Below are positions 55,769 to 64,000 of a stretch of 64,000 nt of DNA, piece by piece. Under the pieces are notes generated by a model. It saw nothing but the letters and a program-made list of their open reading frames with translations. It did not search any database and had not been told where the DNA came from. Made by a program: the position numbers and the translations under genes. Position 1 is the stretch's first letter. Each line of letters starts with the position of its first letter. Location: the IMG/VR virus record IMGVR_UViG_3300036781_000813, positions 2,095 to 66,094 of that record. The stretch is one strand, 5' to 3'. The DNA is from a virus. Lineage: Duplodnaviria; Caudoviricetes.

Positions 55769-56893
55769 ATGCCCGACATTAACGACAATCTGATGGGTCG
55801 CTCTGTCGGCCCCGGCCACAACAATCCGCCGGACCCCATCGAGATCCTGCGCAGCCACCTGCAGGACACGTATGGCGACCTGGCCCGTCGGTGCAACGAG
55901 CTGCTCGCCATGGAAGGCCGACTCCCCGAGACAATGGACGCCGAGTGGGAGGCCAAGATCATCGAGGCCATCAAGTCGTGCACCAAATTCAGCCGGAACA
56001 GCGAAGTGACGCGGCTCTCCGCGAACGAGCCGCACCGCGCGCTGATCGCGGCGACGGATGGCTTCTTCAAGGGCATGTCGGACAAGGTCGACGACCTCAA
56101 GAAGAAGATGACCAAGGACTATCTGACGCCCTACCAGCAGAAGCGGGCCGACGAGGAGAAGGCGCGTCGCGACGCGGCGGCAGCCGAGGCGAAGCGTCTC
56201 GCCGATGAACAGGCGCGCCAAGCCCGCGAGGAAGCGGCGCGGCTGGCCGAGGCCAAGCGGCAGGAGGCTGCGGCGAAGGCGGAGGCTGAGCGCATCGAAC
56301 GCGAGCGTCAGGAGGCCGAGCGTCGTCGCGCCGAGGAAGCCCGCCGCGAAGCTGAGCGCGCGGAGAACGCCCGCCGGGATGCAGAGCGGCTCGCTGCCGA
56401 GGCCAAGAGCCGGGAGGAGCGGGCCGCGGCTGCGGCGGCACGCCTCAAGGCTGACCGAGAAGCTGCGGAGGCGAAGGCCAAGTCAGACCGCGAGGCCTCT
56501 GAGGCGAAGGCGAAGGCCGATCGTGAGGCGGCGGAAGCGAAGGCCGCGATCGAGAAGGCCGCCGCTGAGCGCGCCGAGCAGGAGCGCCAGGTGCAGGAAG
56601 CCCGCGATGCCGCGGAGAAGGCCAAGGTCGAGAAGGCGAAGGCCGACAAGGAGGCCGCCGCCAAGGCCGCCGACATGAGCCGCACCCGGACCGATCTCGG
56701 TGCCGTGGCTTCGCTCCGCACCGAATGGAAGCACAACATCATCGATTTGGACAAGGTCCCGCGCGCCTACTGCAAGGTGCATGAGCCCCTGATCACGGCC
56801 GCGATCCGCGCTGCCACGACCGCCGACGGCAAGTGCGATCTCACGATCCCCGGCGTCGAGATTTTCCCCGTCACCAGCAGCGTCACACGCTGA
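55769..56893 (+). CDS. Coiled-coil protein of the recombination module
   Basis: GHNNPP N-terminus, a long E/A/R/K repeat region, and a C-terminal IPGVEIF. Confidence 0.75.
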   Translation: MPDINDNLMGRSVGPGHNNPPDPIEILRSHLQDTYGDLARRCNELLAMEGRLPETMDAEWEAKIIEAIKSCTKFSRNSEVTRLSANEPHRALIAATDGFFKGMSDKVDDLKKKMTKDYLTPYQQKRADEEKARRDAAAAEAKRLADEQARQAREEAARLAEAKRQEAAAKAEAERIERERQEAERRRAEEARREAERAENARRDAERLAAEAKSREERAAAAAARLKADREAAEAKAKSDREASEAKAKADREAAEAKAAIEKAAAERAEQERQVQEARDAAEKAKVEKAKADKEAAAKAADMSRTRTDLGAVASLRTEWKHNIIDLDKVPRAYCKVHEPLITAAIRAATTADGKCDLTIPGVEIFPVTSSVTR

Positions 56894-56913
56894 GAACCGA
56901 GCAGGAAAAGCCC

Positions 56914-58242
56914 ATGGCCGATACCCAGACCTCTGCGCGCCCCGCTGCCGCCACGATGGCTCCGCCACAGCCGGCGCCGACGCCACAGCTGCCGCAGCGC
57001 GTGAAGCCGCCGCTCGCGGGCGGCAATCGAATTCTGCCGATCATCCCGCAGGACTTCGATCAGGCATGGCGTATGGCGCAACTGATCGCCGCCAGCGGTA
57101 CGGCACCGAAGTCATATCGGTCGGACAGCGGGCGCGGACCGATCCAGGTCGAGATGGTGTGCGTCGCCATCATGGCCGGGCTCGAGGTCGGCCTGCCGCC
57201 GCTCTCCGCCGTCCAGGGTATCGCCGTCATCAACGGCATCCCGACGATCTACGGCGATGCGCGAGACGGCCTGGTCGCCGCGTCCGGCCTCCTCGAGGAC
57301 ATGAAGGAGGAAATGACGCTCGACGACGATGGTCTATTCGAGACGGCAACCTGCACGATCTGGCGCGCCGGGCGAAAGACGCCGATTTCTCAGACGATCA
57401 CCAGGCCGCAGGCGGCCCGCGCGGGGTGGCTCAAGAAGGCCGGCCCGTGGACCGAGAATCCGAACCGTATGGCGCAGCAGCGCGCCAAAGGCTGGGCATC
57501 GCGCGACGCCTTCCCCGACGTCCTCAAGGGTCTTACCAACTACGACGAGGTCATGGACATGCTCGATGTGACCGGGCTCGGCGCGGCGACCACCGCCCCG
57601 GCCCAGCCGCGGCGCGCTGACTTTGTGGAGCCCCAAGAGCAGCGTTCCGACGGGCCGCCCGAAGGCGAGCAGCCGCAGCAACAGCAGCGTGAGCTCGATC
57701 GCGAGGAGTCCGCGGAACGCAGCAAGTCGACGGAGGCCGAGGGGTGGCCGCTACATGATGCAACCGGCGAGACCGTCGGAACCTACACGGCCGTCCAGTG
57801 GGCCGACGAATTCGAGAAGCTCACAGGCAGACTGGGAGGCGCCGACCTGGCCGCGGCGATCGACAACAACCGCGAAGCCGCCCTCAAGATCGCGAGCGAG
57901 TGCGCCGGCGAGGTCGGACAGATCATCGCCGATGGTCTGACTGCCATCTTCGCGGATGAACCGAGCGGCGAGCGGGCCGCCACGACGTCGCCATCCAGCA
58001 CGACCCAGAAGGCCTTGCCGCTCGACACGGAAGACCTTTGTCCAGACGGGGCAACACAGGATGAGACCGCCGGCAAGGTCGCGGCGCTGATCAAGTCCTC
58101 GTCGACCGTGGCCAAGGTCAATCAGATCATGAAGGCCAACGCCTCCCGAATGAAGGGTTGGGGCCAAGGCAACCGCGCGAAGGTCATCGTCGCGGCAGAC
58201 GACCGGCTCGAGGATCTGCAGATGGGCGACGCCGGACGATGA
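56914..58242 (+). CDS. RecT-like single-strand annealing protein
   Basis: AIMAGLEVGLPP...QGIAVINGIPTIYGD...KAGPW...RM...RDAFPDVLKG. Confidence 0.78.
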   Translation: MADTQTSARPAAATMAPPQPAPTPQLPQRVKPPLAGGNRILPIIPQDFDQAWRMAQLIAASGTAPKSYRSDSGRGPIQVEMVCVAIMAGLEVGLPPLSAVQGIAVINGIPTIYGDARDGLVAASGLLEDMKEEMTLDDDGLFETATCTIWRAGRKTPISQTITRPQAARAGWLKKAGPWTENPNRMAQQRAKGWASRDAFPDVLKGLTNYDEVMDMLDVTGLGAATTAPAQPRRADFVEPQEQRSDGPPEGEQPQQQQRELDREESAERSKSTEAEGWPLHDATGETVGTYTAVQWADEFEKLTGRLGGADLAAAIDNNREAALKIASECAGEVGQIIADGLTAIFADEPSGERAATTSPSSTTQKALPLDTEDLCPDGATQDETAGKVAALIKSSSTVAKVNQIMKANASRMKGWGQGNRAKVIVAADDRLEDLQMGDAGR

Positions 58243-58562
58243 TCACCGACGAGCAAGTCCAAGCGTCGGTCGACTTCCTATTCGACTCGGCCGATGCCGT
58301 CGCCAAGGCCCGCGCCGAGCGCGCGACCTTGAGCGAGGGATTGAAACGCATCCAGGCCATCGAGTTCATGAACCAGCCCTCGGGAGCGGTGGACGCCAAG
58401 AAGATGGCCGCCCTCGCCTCGGATGCCTACGGGATCGCCCTGGACGGCCTCAAGGAAGCGATCTTCGAGGACGAGAAGATGCGCGCCCTCCGAGACGCCC
58501 ACGCCGCCCGTATCGAGGCATGGCGCACCCAGGAAGCGACGAAGCGGAGCGTCCGGCTATGA
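58239..58562 (+). CDS. Hypothetical helical protein
   Basis: ARIEAWRTQEA C-terminus, coupled to its neighbours. Confidence 0.7.
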   Translation: MITDEQVQASVDFLFDSADAVAKARAERATLSEGLKRIQAIEFMNQPSGAVDAKKMAALASDAYGIALDGLKEAIFEDEKMRALRDAHAARIEAWRTQEATKRSVRL

Positions 58563-58918
58563 CCGACGTCGCCACGACGCCCCGCGGTCCCATGAGCCCG
58601 ATGCGTCGCCTGCGGATTTTCGAGGCCCATGCCGGCCGCTGCGTCTTGTGCGAGCAGCGCATCAAGGCGGGCGACACATGGACCGTCGAGCATATACGCC
58701 CGCTCGGCTTGGGTGGCGAGGATGAGGACTACAATTGCGGCCCAGCCCACGAAGCCTGCCGGCGACTGAAGGACAAGACCGACCTTGCCAGCATCGCCAA
58801 GGCCAAGCGGATCAAGGCGCGTCACTTCGGAATTCCCCGGACCGTCACCAGCACCATGCCGGGATCGCGAGCATCGAAGTGGAAGCGGAAGATGAATGGC
58901 GAGGTCGTGTTGCGATGA
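58559..58918 (+). CDS. HNH endonuclease
   Basis: CVLC...EHIRPLGLGG.D...N....H..C...KDKTD...IAKAKR. Confidence 0.8.
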   Translation: MTDVATTPRGPMSPMRRLRIFEAHAGRCVLCEQRIKAGDTWTVEHIRPLGLGGEDEDYNCGPAHEACRRLKDKTDLASIAKAKRIKARHFGIPRTVTSTMPGSRASKWKRKMNGEVVLR

Positions 58919-59382
58919 ACATCATCGAGCGCGCCGTGCCTCGCGACGCCCGCGACCGTTGCCCGAAGTGCGGCGGCGCCGACGTCGCCCGCGCCATGGT
59001 CAAGCCCGGCAAGTTCGGCGGCTACGGCCCCGAGATCGCCGCCTGCGTTGCCTGCCGCGCGTTGTGGGAGCCGCTGCATCACGATCTGATCTGGGACCCA
59101 GACGACTCGCTCTGCGCCTTCAAGGACCCCTGTGATAACTGCGCATTCCGTCCGGGCTCGTCGGAACAGCGCGACAAGAAGGAATGGGCCTCGATCAAGC
59201 AGAACATCGAGCAGTCCGGTGGCTTCTACTGCCACAAGGGCGTTCCCATCGAACCCGGCGCGAAATACGGCTTCGCCTACCCGCATGATGCCGAGGGCAA
59301 GCCCGAACGGCTGAAGCTCCGGCTCTGTCGAGGCTGGCTCAATGCCTGGGGTGCAAAGATGGATAAGGCGATGGGATCATGA
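58915..59382 (+). CDS. Cys-rich Zn-binding hypothetical protein
   Basis: CPKC, CVAC, PCDNCAFRPGS, FYCH, LCRGW. Confidence 0.65.
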   Translation: MNIIERAVPRDARDRCPKCGGADVARAMVKPGKFGGYGPEIAACVACRALWEPLHHDLIWDPDDSLCAFKDPCDNCAFRPGSSEQRDKKEWASIKQNIEQSGGFYCHKGVPIEPGAKYGFAYPHDAEGKPERLKLRLCRGWLNAWGAKMDKAMGS

Positions 59383-59805
59383 TCGCGAACCAAACCGCCT
59401 CTGCCGTCCGCCCGACGCGCTTTGCCATGCTCCTGCAATCGGGCTCCTGCGAACGACAGGACATCCTGCAGCGCATCGAGCGTGACGCCTTTGCCAGCGT
59501 CCTGAAGGCCTACGCCATCCTCTGCGACTCACCGATCGACAGCCCGATGCGGCATGCGCTCAAGGATCACGTCGGCCGCGCGAAGAGCCGGTGGGCAAGA
59601 GCGCTCACTGATTTCGACCGGTCGCGCAGCTGGCCGGAACTGAACGAGGCGGCCTGATGCTGATCGCCACCACCTGGGAGATCGAAGTCGAGACCACATG
59701 GGCCGACTTCGATCGCGACCACGACGAACAGCGATTCCGAGCTCGGATGGAGAAGCTCGGGTTCGATGATGAAGAGATCGAGCGGCAGTTGGAGACGGAA
59801 CGGCA

Positions 59806-60213
59806 ATGAGATGCGCCAAGGCACCATGCAAATCATGTCCCTACCGTCAGGACGTGCCATCTGGCGTCTGGGCCGCCAGCGAATACGACAAACTGCCGAT
59901 CTACGACTGCGAGATCATCGACCAGCTCGCCAAGGGCGCGACCGGGCTGTTCATGTGCCACCAGCAGGACGGCCGCTTGTGCGCCGGCTGGGTTGGCGCT
60001 CACGGGCCGAACAACCTGCTGGCGATGCGCCTGCACGGGCGGACGGTTGATCCATCGGTGTGGGCCTACAAGAGTCCGGTGCCGCTGTTTGCGTCGGGCG
60101 CGGAAGCCTGCGCCCACGGCAAGCGGGCGATCACGCGACCGGGACACGACGCGCAGCGCGTCATCGAGCGTTTGATCCGGAAGAAGGCGGCAGCGCCGGG
60201 CGTGACGGCATGA
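59806..60213 (+). CDS. Cys-rich protein (DUF6283-like)
   Basis: PCKSCPYRQDVPSGVW...FMCHQQDGRLCAGW. Confidence 0.7.
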   Translation: MRCAKAPCKSCPYRQDVPSGVWAASEYDKLPIYDCEIIDQLAKGATGLFMCHQQDGRLCAGWVGAHGPNNLLAMRLHGRTVDPSVWAYKSPVPLFASGAEACAHGKRAITRPGHDAQRVIERLIRKKAAAPGVTA

Positions 60214-60402
60214 ACCTCGCCCACCTCGTGCTCCCGCTCCGCTCCCTGTCGGCCAAGGTGCGCCGCCGCATCCGCGCTCGAGCCCGTGTCGCCGCCGACA
60301 ACCAGGGCACGCCGTACTGCCTGTCCTGTCAGTTCCCGAATCAGTGCGGGGCGCGTGGGGCGTGCGCACGGACGGGACTCGCTCTCACGCAGGAGGACTC
60401 CA

Positions 60403-60894
60403 ATGGCTGACGACCCGACCGACCGTGGCGGCGAACCCAATCCCCCTTCAGCAGTGGAAGAGGCCGCGCGGGAAATCGTGAAAGCCGGCCATCGCGTGAC
60501 CAATTGGGATTGGTACATCCCTCGGGCCAACAGGGTCGCCCGCGCTCTCCTCTCCCGCCTCTCAGACCGGGATGCGATCATTGAAGAGTGCGCAGCGATT
60601 TGCGACGAAGTATTCCGCGTCTCTCTCGCCAGCGATGGTAAGGCCAGGACCGCGTTCTTGTTGGCGCAACGCATCCGCTCGCTCAAGTCCTCTCAAGACT
60701 CCCCCGCCCTTCCTTCAGGGGAGGCGGGAACGCTGCGCAAAGCCGCTGAACATCTCCTGTCGCTTGGTAGCAAGATCGAGCGCGCCAGCAGCGAGGAAGA
60801 GGAGAACCGTCTTTGCGATGAGCGAGACGCGATCCTCAAACAGTTTCGCCACGCCGACACCCTCCTCTCCATGGTCGAGAAGAGGGGAGATTAG
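60403..60894 (+). CDS. Hypothetical protein
   Basis: GGAGGA RBS, RDAIIEECAAICD motif. Confidence 0.55.
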   Translation: MADDPTDRGGEPNPPSAVEEAAREIVKAGHRVTNWDWYIPRANRVARALLSRLSDRDAIIEECAAICDEVFRVSLASDGKARTAFLLAQRIRSLKSSQDSPALPSGEAGTLRKAAEHLLSLGSKIERASSEEEENRLCDERDAILKQFRHADTLLSMVEKRGD

Positions 60895-60959
60895 AAGGGG
60901 CTACGCGGGATTACCCTACCGCGCCAATCGATTTCTCCAACTGAAGGACGTACTGCACA

Positions 60960-61532
60960 ATGAGCACTATCAGACTGAACGAAGGCGACCGGACTTTCCT
61001 CTACGGCCTTGCAAAGGAACGGATCACCTGTCCCGACGAGGAGAAGGCCGACGCAATCGCGTACGCGAAGGCCGCGCCGCTCGTTCGGCATCTGGTCGAG
61101 GATCGCTATCCGACAAAGGACATGAAGCTGCTACTCAAGTACACGGTGGCGCGTCACGACGATTGCATCCGCCTTCAACTCGCGGCGGGCGGGGTGGTCG
61201 AGTTCAATTTTCGCATGCCCGACAAAGGGCCGCTCGTTCCCAACGGCTATGGATGCAGCAACCGCATGTACATAGCCGGACAGGAAGAGACAGATGCCAT
61301 CTCTGCTTCGCTCACGGCAAAGAGCACCTGCGAGAAGGCCCGCTCCCAGAAGCTGGCCGACTACAAGGCGCTGATCTGGGCATCGCAAACGCTGGAGCAG
61401 ATTGAGGGCGTCTGGCCGCTTGCTGGTGAAGTGCTGCGCCCGCGCAAGGGGCGCGCTTTGCCGGTCGTGCTGTCGGACGAGGTAATCGCCCGCATCAAGG
61501 CCGACTTGCCAAGCCTCAAGAAGGCCGCTTGA
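60960..61532 (+). CDS. Hypothetical protein (Nmad5-like)
   Basis: C-terminal ALIWASQTLEQIEGVWP. Confidence 0.6.
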   Translation: MSTIRLNEGDRTFLYGLAKERITCPDEEKADAIAYAKAAPLVRHLVEDRYPTKDMKLLLKYTVARHDDCIRLQLAAGGVVEFNFRMPDKGPLVPNGYGCSNRMYIAGQEETDAISASLTAKSTCEKARSQKLADYKALIWASQTLEQIEGVWPLAGEVLRPRKGRALPVVLSDEVIARIKADLPSLKKAA

Positions 61533-61626
61533 GCACCCCGCAGCAGTAGTGAGCCTCGTGGCACCCTGTATCCCCACAGCAATCTCATGGCGCGCCTTCG
61601 CGCCGTGAGGAACACAAGGACCCCAA

Positions 61627-62527
61627 ATGCCCTCTGATATGACTCCCTCCCCCGCCCAACAACGGAGAATCGACGTGAAGACCACTGAGGAAACTTCAAT
61701 CGTCCCGATCAAACCGGGCGCACGGGCCATCTTTATTTACACGGACAAGGCGCAGCTTGGCGACGATGCACGGCAAATGTTGATCGAGGCTGGTTACGTA
61801 CCCGTCAAGGTCGCCGCGATCGACAACGTGAAGCTACTTCCCTTAACGGTGCACCACGAAGTTACAGGTGACGAAATCGACCTCGTCTCTATGGTCGCGC
61901 TCAAGACGCTTCTCGCCGGCAAGGGCTCGCAGACCTTCGGTGTCGATTTAATGGACGCCATCGCCCGGCGCCGCAAGGTCCCTCGGTCATGACCGCTAAA
62001 GCCAGTTCCGCCGTAGAGAAGATGCGGAGCGACGATGACATCGCAATCATTCACGTCTGCGCCGGTCCTCCTGCATGCGCTCTTGAGGGCGATGACGCTG
62101 TGGCGGCCCAGATTGCGGGCTGCATGTGGTGTCGCCGGATTCGCATCGCTGACGACGGCACCGAATCGGAAGAAGGGCCGGGGCACGCATGATGCCGCCC
62201 AGCAAAGCCAATCCCGCCGCCGTAGAGAAGATGCGGGAGCTTCATGCGAAGGCAATCGCAAGTGACGGCATGCTGAGCGCGTGGTCCGTCGCCTTTCACA
62301 AAGCTGTGCGTGCCGATCTCCCCGCCCTCCTGTCGGATCACGACCGCTTGGCCGAGGAGAACGGGAGGCTGCGGGAGGCGCTGAAGCCTCTAGCGGCAAT
62401 CGCTGACATCTATGACGACCGCGAAGACGGACATCATCAGGTTTGGGTCGATGCCACGGAACGGGAAGTCAAAGCCCTCACGGTAGACGTTTGCCGCAAA
62501 GCCCGTCGCGCCCTGTCCGAGGAGTGA
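61627..62527 (+). other. Three small hypothetical ORFs (61627-61992, 61989-62192, 62189-62527)
   Basis: ATGA couplings. Confidence 0.55.
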
Positions 62528-62696
62528 GCTATGGCGAGCGCCGCGCCTGCATGGAACGAGACGAAGGAACGAAGTGCCCTGCGTGGCATCCCTGCGACCC
62601 TGTTTATCTGACCACACAGAGGCTTTCAATGAGCGAGCGTATCCGCGTTGGGCGCGTGGTCGAGATCACCGGCATGAGCAAGCGCCAGGTGCAGGC

Positions 62697-63056
62697 ATGA
62701 CTGACCGTGACCCTTGGCTGACAGAGAAGGAGGCGGCGGCTGAGCTCCGTGTCTCGGCATACGTCGTCAGGGCTGAACGCTTGGCCGAGCGGCTAGGCTT
62801 TGCCAAGGTCCGCGGTCGGTTCTTCTACCCCATGTCCGAAATCAACGCTTACAAGGCGAAGGCTGTATGCCCGGCGAAATCAAACTTTGGCAGCATCCCG
62901 ACACAGGCCGACATTACATCACGTGGACGGTCGGGACCCGGTCTCACCGCCGTTCAACGCGCGAGACAGATCTCGGAAAAGCTCAGCAAGTCCTCGCGGC
63001 CTTCATCCTTGACCAAGGTGGTCGCCCTCCAGCCCAGCCCGGCGAAGTCGGCATAA
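62697..63056 (+). CDS. xis: Excisionase-like HTH protein
   Basis: WLTEKEAAAELRVS...RGRFFYPMSEINAY, overlapping the int 5' end. Confidence 0.7.
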   Translation: MTDRDPWLTEKEAAAELRVSAYVVRAERLAERLGFAKVRGRFFYPMSEINAYKAKAVCPAKSNFGSIPTQADITSRGRSGPGLTAVQRARQISEKLSKSSRPSSLTKVVALQPSPAKSA

Positions 63057-64000
63057 GCACTCTGCTAGATTCCTATTGGGAGCGCCACGCCAAGCACCTG
63101 CCGAGCGCAGAGCGCATCGAGATCGCAATCAACCACCTGAAGGCTTTCTATGGCGAAGCATCAACGGATGTCGTCACGGCCCGCAACCACGAACGCTACA
63201 TCGAACATTGCCGGGCCGAAGAACGCCCCAAAGCCGACGGCACGATTAACCGCCATCTCGGAACGCTCCGTGCCGGTCTGCGTTTCGCCGTCAGGAGTGG
63301 TGACCTTTCCGCAGCCCCGCACGTCCCTTCCCTTAGAGAGCCGCCGCCCCGCGCTCACGTGCTGGACCGGAAGCAGGTCGCCCGCCTTCTCCGTGCCGCA
63401 CGGCGGCTCGGTCACCGTCACGTTGGACTCTTCATCCGGTTGGCTGTCTACACAGGCGCCCGCAGGACTGCCATTCTCCAACTCACTTGGGATCGAATTG
63501 ACCTCCGAACCGGCGTTGTCGATTTCCGGCTGCCGGGCGTCACGCACTCGCGGAAACGCCGGGCAGTGACCGCCGTCCCCGATCGGCTGCTGGCGAGCCT
63601 GCGGAGGCTCCACAAGCGCCAGCCGGGCGACAGGGTCATCCAGTACCACAATGCCCGCAAGGACGGCGTAGAGCGCTCCAGACGCCCCGTGAAGGGCATC
63701 CGCCGAGCCTTCCGCGAGGTGGCCAAGGAAGCCAAGTTGCCGCACGTCACGCCTCACATCCTGAAGCACACGGCGGTTAGCTGGGCGCTCCGCGTGGCGT
63801 CCCCTTGGGTGGTGTCCGGCATGACCGCTACGAGCGTCAAGACGCTCCAGTCCGTCTACGGCAAACACATGGCTGACGACCTGAAGGCGGCGGCCGAAGC
63901 GGTTGCTAGGTCTGGCATTACGCGCAAGCCGCGCGCAAATCCGCAGAATAAGAAGGCGACCCGCAACGGGAAGAATGGTAGAAAGAAGCCCATGAAATAA
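62867..64000 (+). CDS. int: Tyrosine integrase
   Basis: YTGARRTAIL.L.W, K, PHILKHTAVSW, YG catalytic motifs. Confidence 0.92.
   Translation: MPGEIKLWQHPDTGRHYITWTVGTRSHRRSTRETDLGKAQQVLAAFILDQGGRPPAQPGEVGISTLLDSYWERHAKHLPSAERIEIAINHLKAFYGEASTDVVTARNHERYIEHCRAEERPKADGTINRHLGTLRAGLRFAVRSGDLSAAPHVPSLREPPPRAHVLDRKQVARLLRAARRLGHRHVGLFIRLAVYTGARRTAILQLTWDRIDLRTGVVDFRLPGVTHSRKRRAVTAVPDRLLASLRRLHKRQPGDRVIQYHNARKDGVERSRRPVKGIRRAFREVAKEAKLPHVTPHILKHTAVSWALRVASPWVVSGMTATSVKTLQSVYGKHMADDLKAAAEAVARSGITRKPRANPQNKKATRNGKNGRKKPMK

Larger units (their letters stand above)
1..64000. mobile_element. Temperate myovirus-type phage or prophage spanning the window (boundaries not seen)
   Basis: Complete lysis, tail, head, packaging, replication, immunity, recombination and integrase modules in lambdoid order. 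No host housekeeping genes. Confidence 0.95.

Noticed and set aside
56140-56680. Highly repetitive GAG/GCC/AAG tract
   Set aside because: Coding coiled-coil repeats, not a CRISPR array or DNA repeat element.
1-64000. tRNA genes, CRISPR arrays and att direct repeats
   Set aside because: None recognisable by eye. The att sites probably lie outside the window.

Overview
The 64 kb window is essentially one temperate, GC-rich tailed phage or prophage. An alphaproteobacterial host is inferred from a suhB/MmgR-like sRNA, an EcfG-like sigma factor and a GapR-like protein. From left to right it holds a higBA toxin-antitoxin pair and small morons, then a minus-strand late operon: lysis cassette, tail fibres, contractile tail and baseplate, head genes, portal, terminase and a NusG-like antiterminator. 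Next come a minus-strand early and replication operon (DnaB, initiator, C5 methyltransferase, ECF sigma, RusA, Cro), a CI immunity region with palindromic operators and cargo genes, and a plus-strand early operon (RecT-like, HNH) ending in xis/int at the right edge. No att site is visible. The most striking element is a 366-aa intein in the MuF-like head morphogenesis gene (30400-31497, minus strand). Its interior carries no sense-strand endonuclease. Instead, the opposite strand encodes an in-register HTH-repeat plus PD-(D/E)xK/DUF559-like nuclease gene (30466-31479), whose candidate promoter, Shine-Dalgarno and start codon are written into the intein's C-terminal splicing codons. All family assignments come from motif recognition by eye, not database searches.
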